From contig CAWCYD010000002.1 of assembly GCA_963799775.1 (NCBI GenBank), forward strand, positions 323,421-387,420: DNA of 64,000 nucleotides, in the 5' to 3' direction. Within the stretch, counting starts at the first letter, position 1. Each line of letters begins with the position of its first letter. The position numbers and the translations under genes are program-made. The notes below the pieces were generated by a model, which worked only from the letters and a program-made list of their open reading frames with translations, searched no databases and was not told the DNA's origin. The stretch comes from an uncultured archaeon. Lineage in GTDB: Archaea; Thermoproteota; Nitrososphaeria; Nitrososphaerales; Gagatemarchaeaceae. Shown in pieces: positions 20,776-30,728 of the stretch.

Positions 20776-22251
20776 GTGCGAGCCAAAGGTGCCAGCCCGG
20801 CTCTTGCGCTCCTCCCGCTGCTCTTGCTGTTGGTCGCTCCTTTCTCTCCCGGGGCCACCGCTAGGGGGTCTCCGGCAGTCCCCCTCTCCACCAGCATAGG
20901 CCTCCCAGACTCGTATTACCAGCCTATCACCATTGACGCCGCCGCGAGCTCGAACTCGATCGAGTTCGCCGCGAGGAGCAACGTGAGCGTCTCGGCAGCG
21001 GTGATGTCGTCGTCTCAGTTCGACTCGTTCAACGACTCGCTGACCGACCTCTCTTACTCACTCTACATCCAGAACGGGACTTCGACCCAGGGCACGGTGC
21101 ACGTCGCCAAGGGTGACTACTTCCTCGTCTTCTACGCCTACGACGGGAACGCCAACATCACCTTCGGCTACGACCTCTTCCCCACCTCGCCCTACTCGGC
21201 CGGACCGCTCTCCTCTCCGCAGTCCAGCGGCATTGCCTCCTTCGGCCTATACAACGACTCTGGGAAGGTGACTCCGTACGACGTCACAGCCCAAGAGGTC
21301 GTAGGGGTGTCGGACATCTCCTCGCTGCTGGCGCACAACTCCACCGCCGGCCTGTCCAACTCCACAGTCTCCGGCACGACCCTCCAGCTCAACACCGTCC
21401 TCGTGGTCAACGAGAGAGGGGGCGCGCAGCAGGTCTACTGGGCCCAGGACACGCCTGACTTCGTGACAAGCGCTTCGCAGGTCTCGTACGGGGACAACGT
21501 CTGGAACTACAGCGTGAGCGGCTACCTGAGCAACTCCACGATCACTTCGTCCAACGGCGGCAACGCATACTACGACTCGCAAGGAGGGGTCGCGCAATAC
21601 TACTATGCGAACGGGCTCTCAAACTCGACCTATGCGTTCCCCTTCAACCTCGCCTTGGCGGTCATCGAGGCCGTCTCCCCTGGAAAGGGCGTCGTGGTGG
21701 AGATGGGAGCCCAGATCCTCCGGAACGGACAGCAGGTCGCCTCGCCGATGGACTGGTTCGACAACGTGACGATCCACGACACGACAGTGACAAGCGCGTA
21801 CTTCTACGTCTCCGGCAACAACACGGCCCCCGACGGCTCCTTCTACGACACGGAGCTCGTCTTCGGAGGGGAGAACAACGGTGAGTCGACCAACTTCAAC
21901 CAGATGAGCGCCTCGCTGCAGCTCTTCTACGGCAATTCGACGAACGGGGTCCTGAGCTACTTCCCCTCGTATTTCAGTTTCGGCGGCGACACAGCCGAGG
22001 CAGCGGACAACCTTCACATGGCGTACTCCGGGAACGGCGTGGTGCAGCTCTCCCCAGGGCCTGTGGACTACGTCTACTTGGGCAGGGCCTCAGGGACGAC
22101 GACGCTGTCTCAGCTGGCCGCATCGGGGACGGTCACCACCTCCTCCACGGTCCCTGAATTCCCCGTTGGAATGCTCTCCTTGGTAGCGTTGGCCGTCATA
22201 GCAGCGGTGGCGCTTTCCCTTCGGGCGGTGGACCGCCGCGGCTTCGGATAA
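20776..22251 (+). CDS. thermopsin (peptidase A5)-family secreted protease with C-terminal PEF sorting signal
   Basis: Signal peptide; SGIASFG, LQLNTVL, YWAQD, DNVWNYS, DTELVFGG, GGDTAE; Thr/Ser linker then VPEFP-TM-RR. Confidence 0.85.
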   Translation: MRAKGASPALALLPLLLLLVAPFSPGATARGSPAVPLSTSIGLPDSYYQPITIDAAASSNSIEFAARSNVSVSAAVMSSSQFDSFNDSLTDLSYSLYIQNGTSTQGTVHVAKGDYFLVFYAYDGNANITFGYDLFPTSPYSAGPLSSPQSSGIASFGLYNDSGKVTPYDVTAQEVVGVSDISSLLAHNSTAGLSNSTVSGTTLQLNTVLVVNERGGAQQVYWAQDTPDFVTSASQVSYGDNVWNYSVSGYLSNSTITSSNGGNAYYDSQGGVAQYYYANGLSNSTYAFPFNLALAVIEAVSPGKGVVVEMGAQILRNGQQVASPMDWFDNVTIHDTTVTSAYFYVSGNNTAPDGSFYDTELVFGGENNGESTNFNQMSASLQLFYGNSTNGVLSYFPSYFSFGGDTAEAADNLHMAYSGNGVVQLSPGPVDYVYLGRASGTTTLSQLAASGTVTTSSTVPEFPVGMLSLVALAVIAAVALSLRAVDRRGFG

Positions 22252-22286
22252 CGTTAATCTAGCCAAGCCCCGCTTTTCTTGGGAGC

Positions 22287-23222
22287 TTGAAGATCTACTC
22301 CTTCATCCCCAGCGCCACCGAGATGGTCTACGCCTTGGGTCTGGGCGACCAGCTCTGCGGAGTCACGCATGAGTGCGACTACCCTCCTGAGGCCAGATCC
22401 AAGCCGGTCGCCATAAGGTCGTTGATAGACACCGCCCGCATGAGCCAGCGAGAGATCGACGACGCCGTCGTCGAGAGCATGACCCATTGCCACGGGCTCT
22501 ACACGATAGACAAGGAGCTCCTCAGGAGCAACCCTCCCGACGTAGTGATCACTCAAGAGCTCTGCGACGTCTGCTCGGTGTCCTTGCGCGACGTCCTCGC
22601 CGCCATCTCCGACCTCTCGAAGACCTGCAAAGTCGTCTCCCTGAAACCCAGAGGTCTCCAGGGCGTGCTCGAGGACATCGTGACCGTCGGCGCCGCTTGC
22701 GGGGTCAAAGAGGAGGCAGAGGCCCTGGTGGGCGCTTTGAACACCAGGATAGACAGGGTGAGGCTACGGGCCGCAGACCTCCCGAGGCACAGGGTCTTCT
22801 GCGTCGAGTGGTTCGACCCCATCTTCGCCTCTGGACACTGGGTGCCTGAGATGGTCAGTCTGGCGGGCGGCGAGGACGCGCTAGGGTTCGCCGGAAAGGA
22901 CTCTAGGAAGATCCCATGGGAGAGCGTCGTCTCCTACGACCCCGAGGTGCTGGTGCTCATGCCCTGCGGGTTCGACGTCGAGCGCACTGTCCTCGACTCG
23001 AGGGAACTTGCGAGGAGACCGGGGTGGAGGACCATCAGGGCTGTGAAGGAGGGGAGGGTCTTCGCCACGAACGGCTCCGCTTACTTCTCTCGACCGGGCC
23101 CTCGCCTCGTGGACGGCCTCGAACTTCTTGCGAGCATGATCCATCCGGACGAGTTCGGGAGAGACATGCCTCGTGAAAGGGCCCGACTGCTCGACTCCAA
23201 TCTCTTGAGGGCCACGCAGTAA
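22287..23222 (+). CDS. BtuF/Fe-siderophore binding-protein-like protein without a signal peptide
   Basis: PSATEMVYALG, VTHECDYP, EWFDP, GHWVPEM, YFSRPGPRL. Confidence 0.82.
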   Translation: MKIYSFIPSATEMVYALGLGDQLCGVTHECDYPPEARSKPVAIRSLIDTARMSQREIDDAVVESMTHCHGLYTIDKELLRSNPPDVVITQELCDVCSVSLRDVLAAISDLSKTCKVVSLKPRGLQGVLEDIVTVGAACGVKEEAEALVGALNTRIDRVRLRAADLPRHRVFCVEWFDPIFASGHWVPEMVSLAGGEDALGFAGKDSRKIPWESVVSYDPEVLVLMPCGFDVERTVLDSRELARRPGWRTIRAVKEGRVFATNGSAYFSRPGPRLVDGLELLASMIHPDEFGRDMPRERARLLDSNLLRATQ

Positions 23223-23255
23223 CGCACATATTTCAGTGCCGCAGGAATCAGCCCA

Positions 23256-23579
23256 ATGAAACTCATGGTGAAGCACGAGCTTCCGCGGAGGCTCAGGAGC
23301 GCCCAGGTGTACCTGGAGTTCCTGAACGCGTCGCTTTACGTCTCGGTCGACGGCCCCAAGGCCAGCATGATGGGGAGCATAGGTGCCCATCAGAACAGGC
23401 CCGTGGCGATCACAGACAGGGAGTACTCGAGCTACAGGGCCTCCCATGACGTCGTCGGGGTGGTCGACGAAGACGAGGACAGGGTCGTCCTGAAGACAGC
23501 CGAAGGCAACGAGGAAGAGTGGATCCGGCCCCGATGGATCCTCAACGGCGTCAGGCGGGCAAGAGAAGACCCGGCCTGA
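23256..23579 (+). CDS. hypothetical protein
   Basis: 107-aa ORF with host-like codon usage. Confidence 0.6.
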   Translation: MKLMVKHELPRRLRSAQVYLEFLNASLYVSVDGPKASMMGSIGAHQNRPVAITDREYSSYRASHDVVGVVDEDEDRVVLKTAEGNEEEWIRPRWILNGVRRAREDPA

Positions 23580-24427
23580 GAGGCTCTTGAGCGGGCGGTC
23601 CAGATTGCGTGAAGGCGTCCAAAGATTGGGGCCTCGGTTCCTCCCAACGGAAGATCTCCTCTGAAGGCCCGAACCCGGCTTTCGATATCGCCTCCCTCGC
23701 CTCAGATATCGCTTCTTCGCCCGACCCTAGGATCTCGTCCGCCGACATCCCCGTCGCAAGCTCAAAGTTCCTCTTCGAGACGTCGTATCCCTGGAAACGC
23801 AGCAGTCCTGCGGAGATGGCCTTGACGCCTGCGTCTCTCATCATCGAGACCAACCCCTCGACGTCTTCCCTGGACACCCCGGGGATGACAGGCGCGAAGG
23901 AGACCCAGGTCTCGATGCCCTCTCGCGCAAGGGAGCGCAGCGTCTCTAGCCTTCTATTGAGCGGCGGGACACCGGGCTCGAAGAACCTCCCAGAACCCGT
24001 CGAGATCGAGCAGCCCACCCTGACCCACTCCATCTTCCTGAGGATGTCCAGGTCCCTCAAGACCAGAGGCGACCTGGTCAATATCACGACGGGGAACCCG
24101 AATGAACGGAGTTCCTCCAGGCAGCGCCTCGCCAACTTGTACTTGGCCTCCACCGGCTGGTAGGGGTCGCTCGCGCTGCTGAGAAAGACCGGGGCTCTCT
24201 TCGCATCCCTGAGCTCCCTACGCAAGACCGCCGGGGCGTTGACCTTTGCGTCGACGAACGTCCCCCACTGTCGATCGTCGTGGACGAGGGATGGAGCGTA
24301 ACAGTAGACGCAGCCGTGGGTGCAGCCCTTGTAGAGGTTCGCCGTGTACTCCAGCTTTACCCTGCTGAAGGTGAGAGGACGAAGGAGAGTCTTGCACAGG
24401 CACCTCCCTGACCTCCGGGCGGGGCAA
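23551..24427 (-). CDS. radical SAM protein, spore-photoproduct-lyase-like family (frameshifted)
   Basis: NLYKGCTHGCVYCYA (CxxxCxxC), SDPYQPVE, LTRSPLVLRD, FEPG. Confidence 0.85.
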
Positions 24428-24480
24428 CGCGTCTCTATGCCGACTAGCCTATTAAGCGCAGATGTCCTAGTGGCGGGAAG

Positions 24481-24795
24481 CTACTCGTCGTCCGCCTCAG
24501 AAGAAGCCTCTTCCTCCCCGCCGTCCGCTGGCTCCTCGATCACGATCTCTTCCTCCACCACCTTCTCGCCCTTGTCTGTGAGCATCTCGTCGGTGGGATA
24601 CCAGTGCTTCTTCCCGTCGAGCTCGCCCATCTCGACCTCCGCGAACCCCGCGAGGGTCCTTCCTGTCAGGACACCGGACCTGTGCTTTCCGGAAGGGACA
24701 GAGGTCTTCTTGACCTCTACGCCGTCTTCACCGAAGATAGCCTCCTTCGTCGGAGAGCAATTGACCCTCAGGCCTTGAGCGGGCTTGACGTCCAT
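24481..24795 (-). CDS. hypothetical protein with acidic tail
   Basis: 104-aa ORF, small beta-rich core and Glu-rich C terminus. Confidence 0.65.
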   Translation of the reverse strand: MDVKPAQGLRVNCSPTKEAIFGEDGVEVKKTSVPSGKHRSGVLTGRTLAGFAEVEMGELDGKKHWYPTDEMLTDKGEKVVEEEIVIEEPADGGEEEASSEADDE

Positions 24796-24851
24796 CGGAC
24801 CCGCCTCAGAACGCCCCTAGAGTTCTTTATCAACGATTCGTCGTCGGAGCG

Positions 24852-25226
24852 TCAAATTAGCCGCTTCATATCGGCCAGCAACTTGCGCGTCTCTTCGTAG
24901 ACAGAGGCAGCGCTCGACGCCTCCTTCCTCTTCGTCAAGATGGACGCTCCGATCAGCACAGCTCCCGGGACCGCCGTGACCGGATCCGGGGCGAGCATGA
25001 GGGCCACCCCTGTCTTGCGCAGAGTCTTCGAGAACGAGTTGGGCTTGCCGACCTGCCTGAGGGCCTCACGGGTCTTCGTGTTCGCCATCGACCCCGCGAC
25101 CTCCGCCCGGTCATGGAGGACATTGGCGACAGAATTCGCGTTGGAGGAAAGGAGCTTAGCGTTCCGCCGACTCTCGCCCACGACGGGCTCAGACTTGCGT
25201 CCTAAGATAATCCGGTGGATAGTCAA
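24852..25226 (-). CDS. hypothetical protein
   Basis: ORF with hydrophobic hairpin GVALMLAPDPVTAVPG; start uncertain. Confidence 0.55.
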   Translation of the reverse strand: MTIHRIILGRKSEPVVGESRRNAKLLSSNANSVANVLHDRAEVAGSMANTKTREALRQVGKPNSFSKTLRKTGVALMLAPDPVTAVPGAVLIGASILTKRKEASSAASVYEETRKLLADMKRLI

Positions 25227-25269
25227 AAGACGTTGGCCGCGGACTCAAAAGTGACGACGGCAGATGCCC

Positions 25270-25710
25270 CTAGGCCTTTGGCATCGTAGGAGTCAAAGTC
25301 TGCACCGCAGACTTGCGTCTGGCCCGGGCAGAGAGCATCCCGCCCACAATCAGCAGGGCGAGGATGACTATCGCGACCCCCTGATGCGCCATCACCAACA
25401 TCGGGTCCGAGGCGAAGAGTATCCTGAAGCCTAGCGCGACCTGGGCGAAGGTCAGCAAGAAGGCCAATGCGAAGACGATCCTGGCCAACATCGTGCTGGG
25501 ATTGAGGAAGATGCTCGAGACCAGGAACGCGAGAAGCGCAATCCCGCCCACCCCAATCAACATGTGAGGCAAGATGAGAGCGCTTCCGGTAGGATTGCCA
25601 GACCCAGACAGGGCGAAGCCGAGTATGATTTGGATCACGAGGCCGCCCGCCCCGACGGCGCCAGCGAGGGTCTGGTTGTTCACCTGATTCGCGTCACGAA
25701 CTCGGCTCAT
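25270..25710 (-). CDS. 4-TM membrane protein with a duplicated QxxLG...H motif
   Basis: IQIILG...LPHM and AQVALG...AHQG; ATG at 25710 with a TATA-like element upstream. Confidence 0.7.
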   Translation of the reverse strand: MSRVRDANQVNNQTLAGAVGAGGLVIQIILGFALSGSGNPTGSALILPHMLIGVGGIALLAFLVSSIFLNPSTMLARIVFALAFLLTFAQVALGFRILFASDPMLVMAHQGVAIVILALLIVGGMLSARARRKSAVQTLTPTMPKA

Positions 25711-25779
25711 ATGGTATTTAATACGTTTCCATTTCTCCGGACATTCCTTAACTACCCGAGCATGAGTCAATCGATGCAG

Positions 25780-26103
25780 ATGGCCAAGCTATCCGACGAG
25801 CAGATTGACAAGGCGCTAGTGTCTCTGAAGGGATGGCGCCGCGACGGAGACTACATCACAAAGGAGTTCCACTTTCGGACCTTCCTTTCCGGGATAAGAT
25901 TCGTCGACGAGGTGGCATTGGTCGCAGAGGCCCAGGAGCACCACCCCGACATATGCGTCGTCTGGACGACCGTCACCCTCAAGATCACGACCCACGACGA
26001 AGGCGGGATCACAAAATGGGACTTTGGTCTCGCGAAGGCGATCGAGAAACGCTTCGCGGGTGGAGCAAAGAAGCCCCCAAAGTCGTCCAAAACGGCCCGA
26101 TAA
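25780..26103 (+). CDS. pterin-4-alpha-carbinolamine dehydratase
   Basis: AEAQEHHPD, TTHDEGGITKWD. Confidence 0.92.
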   Translation: MAKLSDEQIDKALVSLKGWRRDGDYITKEFHFRTFLSGIRFVDEVALVAEAQEHHPDICVVWTTVTLKITTHDEGGITKWDFGLAKAIEKRFAGGAKKPPKSSKTAR

Positions 26104-26106
26104 TTC

Positions 26107-26130
26107 TTATATACAACTCGAAGTTGTATA
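26107..26130 (+). promoter_or_regulatory. thermosome promoter TATA box overlapped by a 9-bp inverted repeat
   Basis: TTATATA at 26107-26113; TATACAACT-CGA-AGTTGTATA at 26110-26130. Confidence 0.65.
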
Positions 26131-26149
26131 CCATGCGAGGAACTAGATT

Positions 26150-27821
26150 ATGTCAACACAAGCTATCCCCGCTGTCACCTCGAGTGGGCAGCCGGTCCTG
26201 ATTCTCAAGGAAGGAAGCAACCAGTCAAGAGGAAAAGAGGCCCAGCGGAACAACATCCAAGCGGCCAAACTTGTAGCCGAGATCGTGAAGAGCTCCATCG
26301 GCCCGAGGGGCATGGACAAGATGCTCGTCGACTCGCTCGGCGACGTGACGATCACCAACGACGGCGCGACGATGCTCAAGGAGATCGACGTCCAGCACCC
26401 GGCAGCGAAGATGCTCGTCGAGGTAGCGAAGGCCACCGACAACGAGGTCGGCGACGGGACGACGTCGGCCGTCATCCTTGCAGGCGCCCTTCTGGAGAAG
26501 GCCGAGATCCTCATCGACAAGGGAGTCCATCCCACTGTGATAGTCGAAGGTTACAACAAGGCGGTCGCCCAGGCAATCAAGATCCTGAACGAAATCGCGG
26601 AGAAGGTGCCCCCGAACGGGAAAGAGTGGTTAACGAAGATCGCCCGCACCAGCATGCAGACGAAGCTGGTCTCGAGAGAGGCCGAAGAGCTGGCCGAGCT
26701 CGTCGTGAACGCGGTCGTCCAAGTGGCTGAAAAGACAGACGATGGAAACTACAAGGTAGACCTAGACAACATCAAGGTGGAGAAGAAGCCAGGCGGCTCC
26801 ATCAAGGATACCAGTTTGATCAAGGGCATCATCCTCGACAAGGAAGTCGTCCACGCGGGGATGCCGAAGAGGGTAGAGAAGGCAAAGATCGCTCTGGTGA
26901 ACGCCGCTTTCGAAATCGAGAAGACAGAGTTCGACGCCAAGCTGAACATCAGCGACCCGTCCATGATGAAGAAGTTCCTGGACGAGGAGACGAGGATGCT
27001 GAAGGAGATGGCCGACAAGGTCGTCTCGATCGGCGCGAACGTCCTGGTCTGCCAGAAGGGCATGGACGACATAGCGCAGCACTACCTCGCAAAGGCAGGA
27101 ATCCTGGCAGTCAGAAGGGCCAAGGAGAGCGACCTCACAAAGCTCGCAAAGGCGACTGGCGCTAGGATAGCTAACAACTTCGACGACCTCTCACCGAATG
27201 AGCCTCGGCTATGCCGACCTGGTCGAGGAGAGGAAGGTCGAGCAGGACAAGTGGGTCTTCATCGAGGGGTGCAAGAATCCAAAGGCCGTCACCCTTCTCA
27301 TCAGAGGAGGTACCCAGAGGATTGTCGACGAGGCCGAGAGGTCCGTCCACGACGCGCTGATGGTCTCCAAGGACGTCGTCGAGAAGCCTGCCATCGTCGC
27401 AGGTGGCGGCGCTCCCGAGGCGGAAGTGGCCGCCCGCGTCATGAAGTGGACCGAGAAGCTGAACGGCAGAGAGCAGCTCGCGGCGCAAAAGTTCGCGGAA
27501 GCCCTCGAGACCATCCCAATCTGCCTGGCTACCAACGCGGGCCTTGACCCAATCGACACGATGACCGAGCTGCGCGCCAAGCACGCCGACGGCGGGCTGT
27601 GGTTCGGGGTCGAGGCGAAGGAGGGCAAGGTCAAGGACATGTACAAGGAGAACGTCCTGGAGCCCGTCAGCGTCAAGGAGCAGATACTGAAGTCAGCCAC
27701 CGAGGCTGCCTGCATGATTCTGCGCATCGACGACGTGATAGCGGCCGGCAAGTCGAAGGGTCCATCGGGGCCTCCAGGCGGAGCCGGCGGCATGGGCGGC
27801 GAGGGCGGAGACTTCGACTAG
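26150..27821 (+). CDS. thermosome subunit (group II chaperonin); frameshift near 27200
   Basis: GPRGMDKML, TNDGAT, GDGTTS, GGGAPE, ILRIDD, GGM tail. Confidence 0.97.
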
Positions 27822-27857
27822 ACTAGTCGACGTCTCTCCTCAAGACCAGCACGATAA

Positions 27858-27902
27858 GAGGTCTCGTGGCTTTGCCACGGGCCTCACCGGATTTCTTTTT
27901 CC
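27858..27902 (+). terminator. hairpin plus T-tract between the convergent thermosome and NUDIX genes
   Basis: GAGGTCTCGTGGC-TTT-GCCACGGGCCTC followed by TTTCTTTTT. Confidence 0.55.
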
Positions 27903-27910
27903 TTCGCTTG

Positions 27911-28456
27911 TTACTTTACCGCTAGCTTGCCTGCGTAGGTCAGCACGTCTAGCTGGTGCCTCACCATCTCATCGGCTTTCAACCCAGCCACGTCCACGAA
28001 CTCGAGCCTGTCCCACGCTGGGCTCGAAGGGGCGCTCTCCCTCTCGCCCGTGAAGATGAATCCGAGGCCCCAGTGGTTCGTCGTCCCGGACGTGTCGGCG
28101 AACGTCTGCGGCCCGTCGAGCGCCTGGTTCTTGATGCCGAGCTGCTCTCTGAGGATCCTTCTGGCAGCGCCCTCAGGCGTCTCGTAGAGGATGAGGTGAG
28201 AGGACGGGAGCATCCAGCCGGAGGCGTAGCGCTCGAGGTTCTTCTCGTTCATGGCCCCTATGTGGTCCCAACCTGCGTTCTTGTTTATCCTTCCCATCAG
28301 GACCCTGCCCGGCTCCCCGTTCTCCGAGATGACAAGGAACGCAGAGATGCACATCCCTCCTTCGGGGACCGTGCTCATCCTTGGCGGCTGAGCGCTCTTG
28401 TTGAAGGCGGCGAACCTGCGATCCGTTGTCACGGTTGCTCCCCGATCCCCTATCAA
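27911..28456 (-). CDS. NUDIX-fold protein (degenerate Nudix box)
   Basis: WMLPSSHLILYETPEGAARRILREQLG. Confidence 0.7.
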   Translation of the reverse strand: MIGDRGATVTTDRRFAAFNKSAQPPRMSTVPEGGMCISAFLVISENGEPGRVLMGRINKNAGWDHIGAMNEKNLERYASGWMLPSSHLILYETPEGAARRILREQLGIKNQALDGPQTFADTSGTTNHWGLGFIFTGERESAPSSPAWDRLEFVDVAGLKADEMVRHQLDVLTYAGKLAVK

Positions 28457-29385
28457 GCGCCTGGCTGGGCCTTCCCAGCCGCGGCCTTGTCCAAGTAGCC
28501 CAGTATCCCCAGCGCGCTGAGTCGGATCATGACGACAACGTAGCTCGGAAAGTCGGCCTGCCTCATCCCCGTCTCATCGACTATCTTGCGCCTAAGCTCG
28601 TCCACGATTTGCTCCGGGCTCATGTGGGCATCCCTCAGCCTCCTCACGAACTCGACCCACTCCTCCGTCTTCTCTCGCGTCCTGTCTAGGATGAGGTCCA
28701 CGTCTTTCCTCACCCCGAAGTGCGGGACGAGGAGGATCTTGGGGTCGGTCTGGCGCAGCTTCTCGAGAGTCTGGACCAGCTTCACCGGATCGAGACTAGG
28801 GGGAGGGGTCGCTGGAAGAAGAGTCGGAAATGCCGGGAAGACCATCCCGACCGCGTCGGCCGAGAAGAGCAGGTGCTCCTCCTCGAAGACGACCGAGATC
28901 TGGTGGGGCGCGTGCCCTGGGGCGTGGAGCGCGGTCAAGCTCGCCCCGCCGAGGTCGAAGTGAGCCTCCTCGCCAACGGCTGTGATCCTCTCCTCGTCGA
29001 TCGGCAGGGGCTTACCATACATCTGGACGAGCTTCTCACCGAAGAGACCTGTCGCGCTCTCGACCAACCTCGTGGGGTCCACAAGGTGCGGGACCGCCTT
29101 CTCCTGGGCTACCACCTTGGCGCGCGGCATGTACCTGAGGAGATGACCCGCCGCGCCCGCGTGATCGAGATGGACATGCGTCGGTATGATGTAGTCGACG
29201 CGAGAGGGCTCTACACCCATCTGGCGGAGGCCCTGCATGACGTTCCCGTAGGAGGAGGCATACCCGCAGTCGATCAGCGCCGTCTTCCTCGCCCCCTTGA
29301 CGACGTAGACAGCGACGGTGCTCGCGTTCCCAAGCCCGACAGTGTCTATCATGAATGCCCTGTTCGAGACCTTGGAGAAGACCAT
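28453..29385 (-). CDS. metallo-beta-lactamase-fold hydrolase
   Basis: THVHLDHAG, PGHAPH, SADA, PHFG. Confidence 0.92.
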   Translation of the reverse strand: MVFSKVSNRAFMIDTVGLGNASTVAVYVVKGARKTALIDCGYASSYGNVMQGLRQMGVEPSRVDYIIPTHVHLDHAGAAGHLLRYMPRAKVVAQEKAVPHLVDPTRLVESATGLFGEKLVQMYGKPLPIDEERITAVGEEAHFDLGGASLTALHAPGHAPHQISVVFEEEHLLFSADAVGMVFPAFPTLLPATPPPSLDPVKLVQTLEKLRQTDPKILLVPHFGVRKDVDLILDRTREKTEEWVEFVRRLRDAHMSPEQIVDELRRKIVDETGMRQADFPSYVVVMIRLSALGILGYLDKAAAGKAQPGA

Positions 29386-29509
29386 CTGCGCCAGTCCGCC
29401 TCAACAGAATCCCTTTCTAAACTTGGAGCGGACGCGGCCTCCCGCGGGTCCTCAGTCCCTCGCCAAGGGTAAATAGCGACCGAAAACTCTGACTCGACGG
29501 TCAGCCCGG

Positions 29510-30725
29510 TTGAAGGACAAGGACGTCGTCGTGATTGGTGGAGGCTCCACCGGCTCGAGCGTGCTCTATCACCTTGCGAAGGCTGGCATCAAGGACGCCT
29601 TGCTTGTCGACATGGCTTCCCAGGTCGGAGCCGGCCAGACGAGCAGATCGACCGCCCTCGTCCGGACGCACTACAGCACCGAGATCCTGACGAGGATGGC
29701 CCTCCTCAGCTACAGGTTCTTCAAGGACTTTGGGAGAGATGCCCCCGGGCACACCGCAGGCTACGTGGAGACTGGCCTGTTGGTCGGCGCGGACGAGGCG
29801 TCGGTCCCAGCGTTGCGCGAGAACTCCGCCATGCACGCGAGGCTGGGGATCGATTCGAGGGTCATGCAGCCCAAGGATGTCGTCTCTTCCGGGGTCGAAC
29901 CCATGCTCGAGGCCGGGGCTTTCTCACTCTTCGCCTACGAGCCCAACGCCGGCTACGCAGAGCCGTCGACGACAGCGAGCTCGTTCGCCGCCGCCGCGAC
30001 AGCGTTAGGAGCGGAGGTGCCTCACGGGGACTCGGGTGACCGGGCTCGGCCGGAATGACGGCCCCGGTCGAGGGTATCCCTACTCGGTCGAGACGGCGAA
30101 CGGACCCATCAAGTGCAAACAGGTCGTGATCGCGACCGGCGTCTGGTCGAGACCCCTCTTCGCGTCGATGGGCATCGAACTCCCGGTGAAGATCACAAGG
30201 CATCCCGTCGCGGTCTTCGGACGTCCGCCGAACTACTCCGGCATCAGGCCTCTCATCTTCGACTTCCCACGGTCGGCCTACTACAAGCCCGAAGGGAAGG
30301 AACTCCTCTTCGTGGGGACGCTCGCGTACGAGCTCGACGCGACTGGCGAGGACACAAGCCCAGACGCCTATCGTGAGGGCATATCATACGAGGAGGCGGC
30401 AGAATTCTCAAAGGCCGCCGCCACGGCGATCCCTACGATGGGGTCTTCAGGGAGATACATGAGGGGCTACGCCGGCCTCTACGACAACACCCTCGACCAG
30501 CATCCCATCATCGACGAGCTGTCCGGGTACGGCCTTCCTGGGGTCTACTGCGTGGTGGGGCTGAGCGGCCACGGGTTCAAACTGGCACCCGAGTTCGGGA
30601 GGATAATCGCATCCCTGATATCAAAGGGGAGTTTCTCCGACTATGACGTCTCGGTCTTTGGGCTGAAGAGGTTCGAGCAGGGCCGTCTCCTCGGCGGCCG
30701 ATATGGCGTCTCGACAATCTTGTAG
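29510..30725 (+). CDS. FAD-dependent amino acid oxidoreductase (sarcosine oxidase beta/DAO family); frameshift near 30025
   Basis: IGGGSTG, GQTSRS, YAGLYD, GLSGHGFKLAP. Confidence 0.88.
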
Positions 30726-30728
30726 GGC

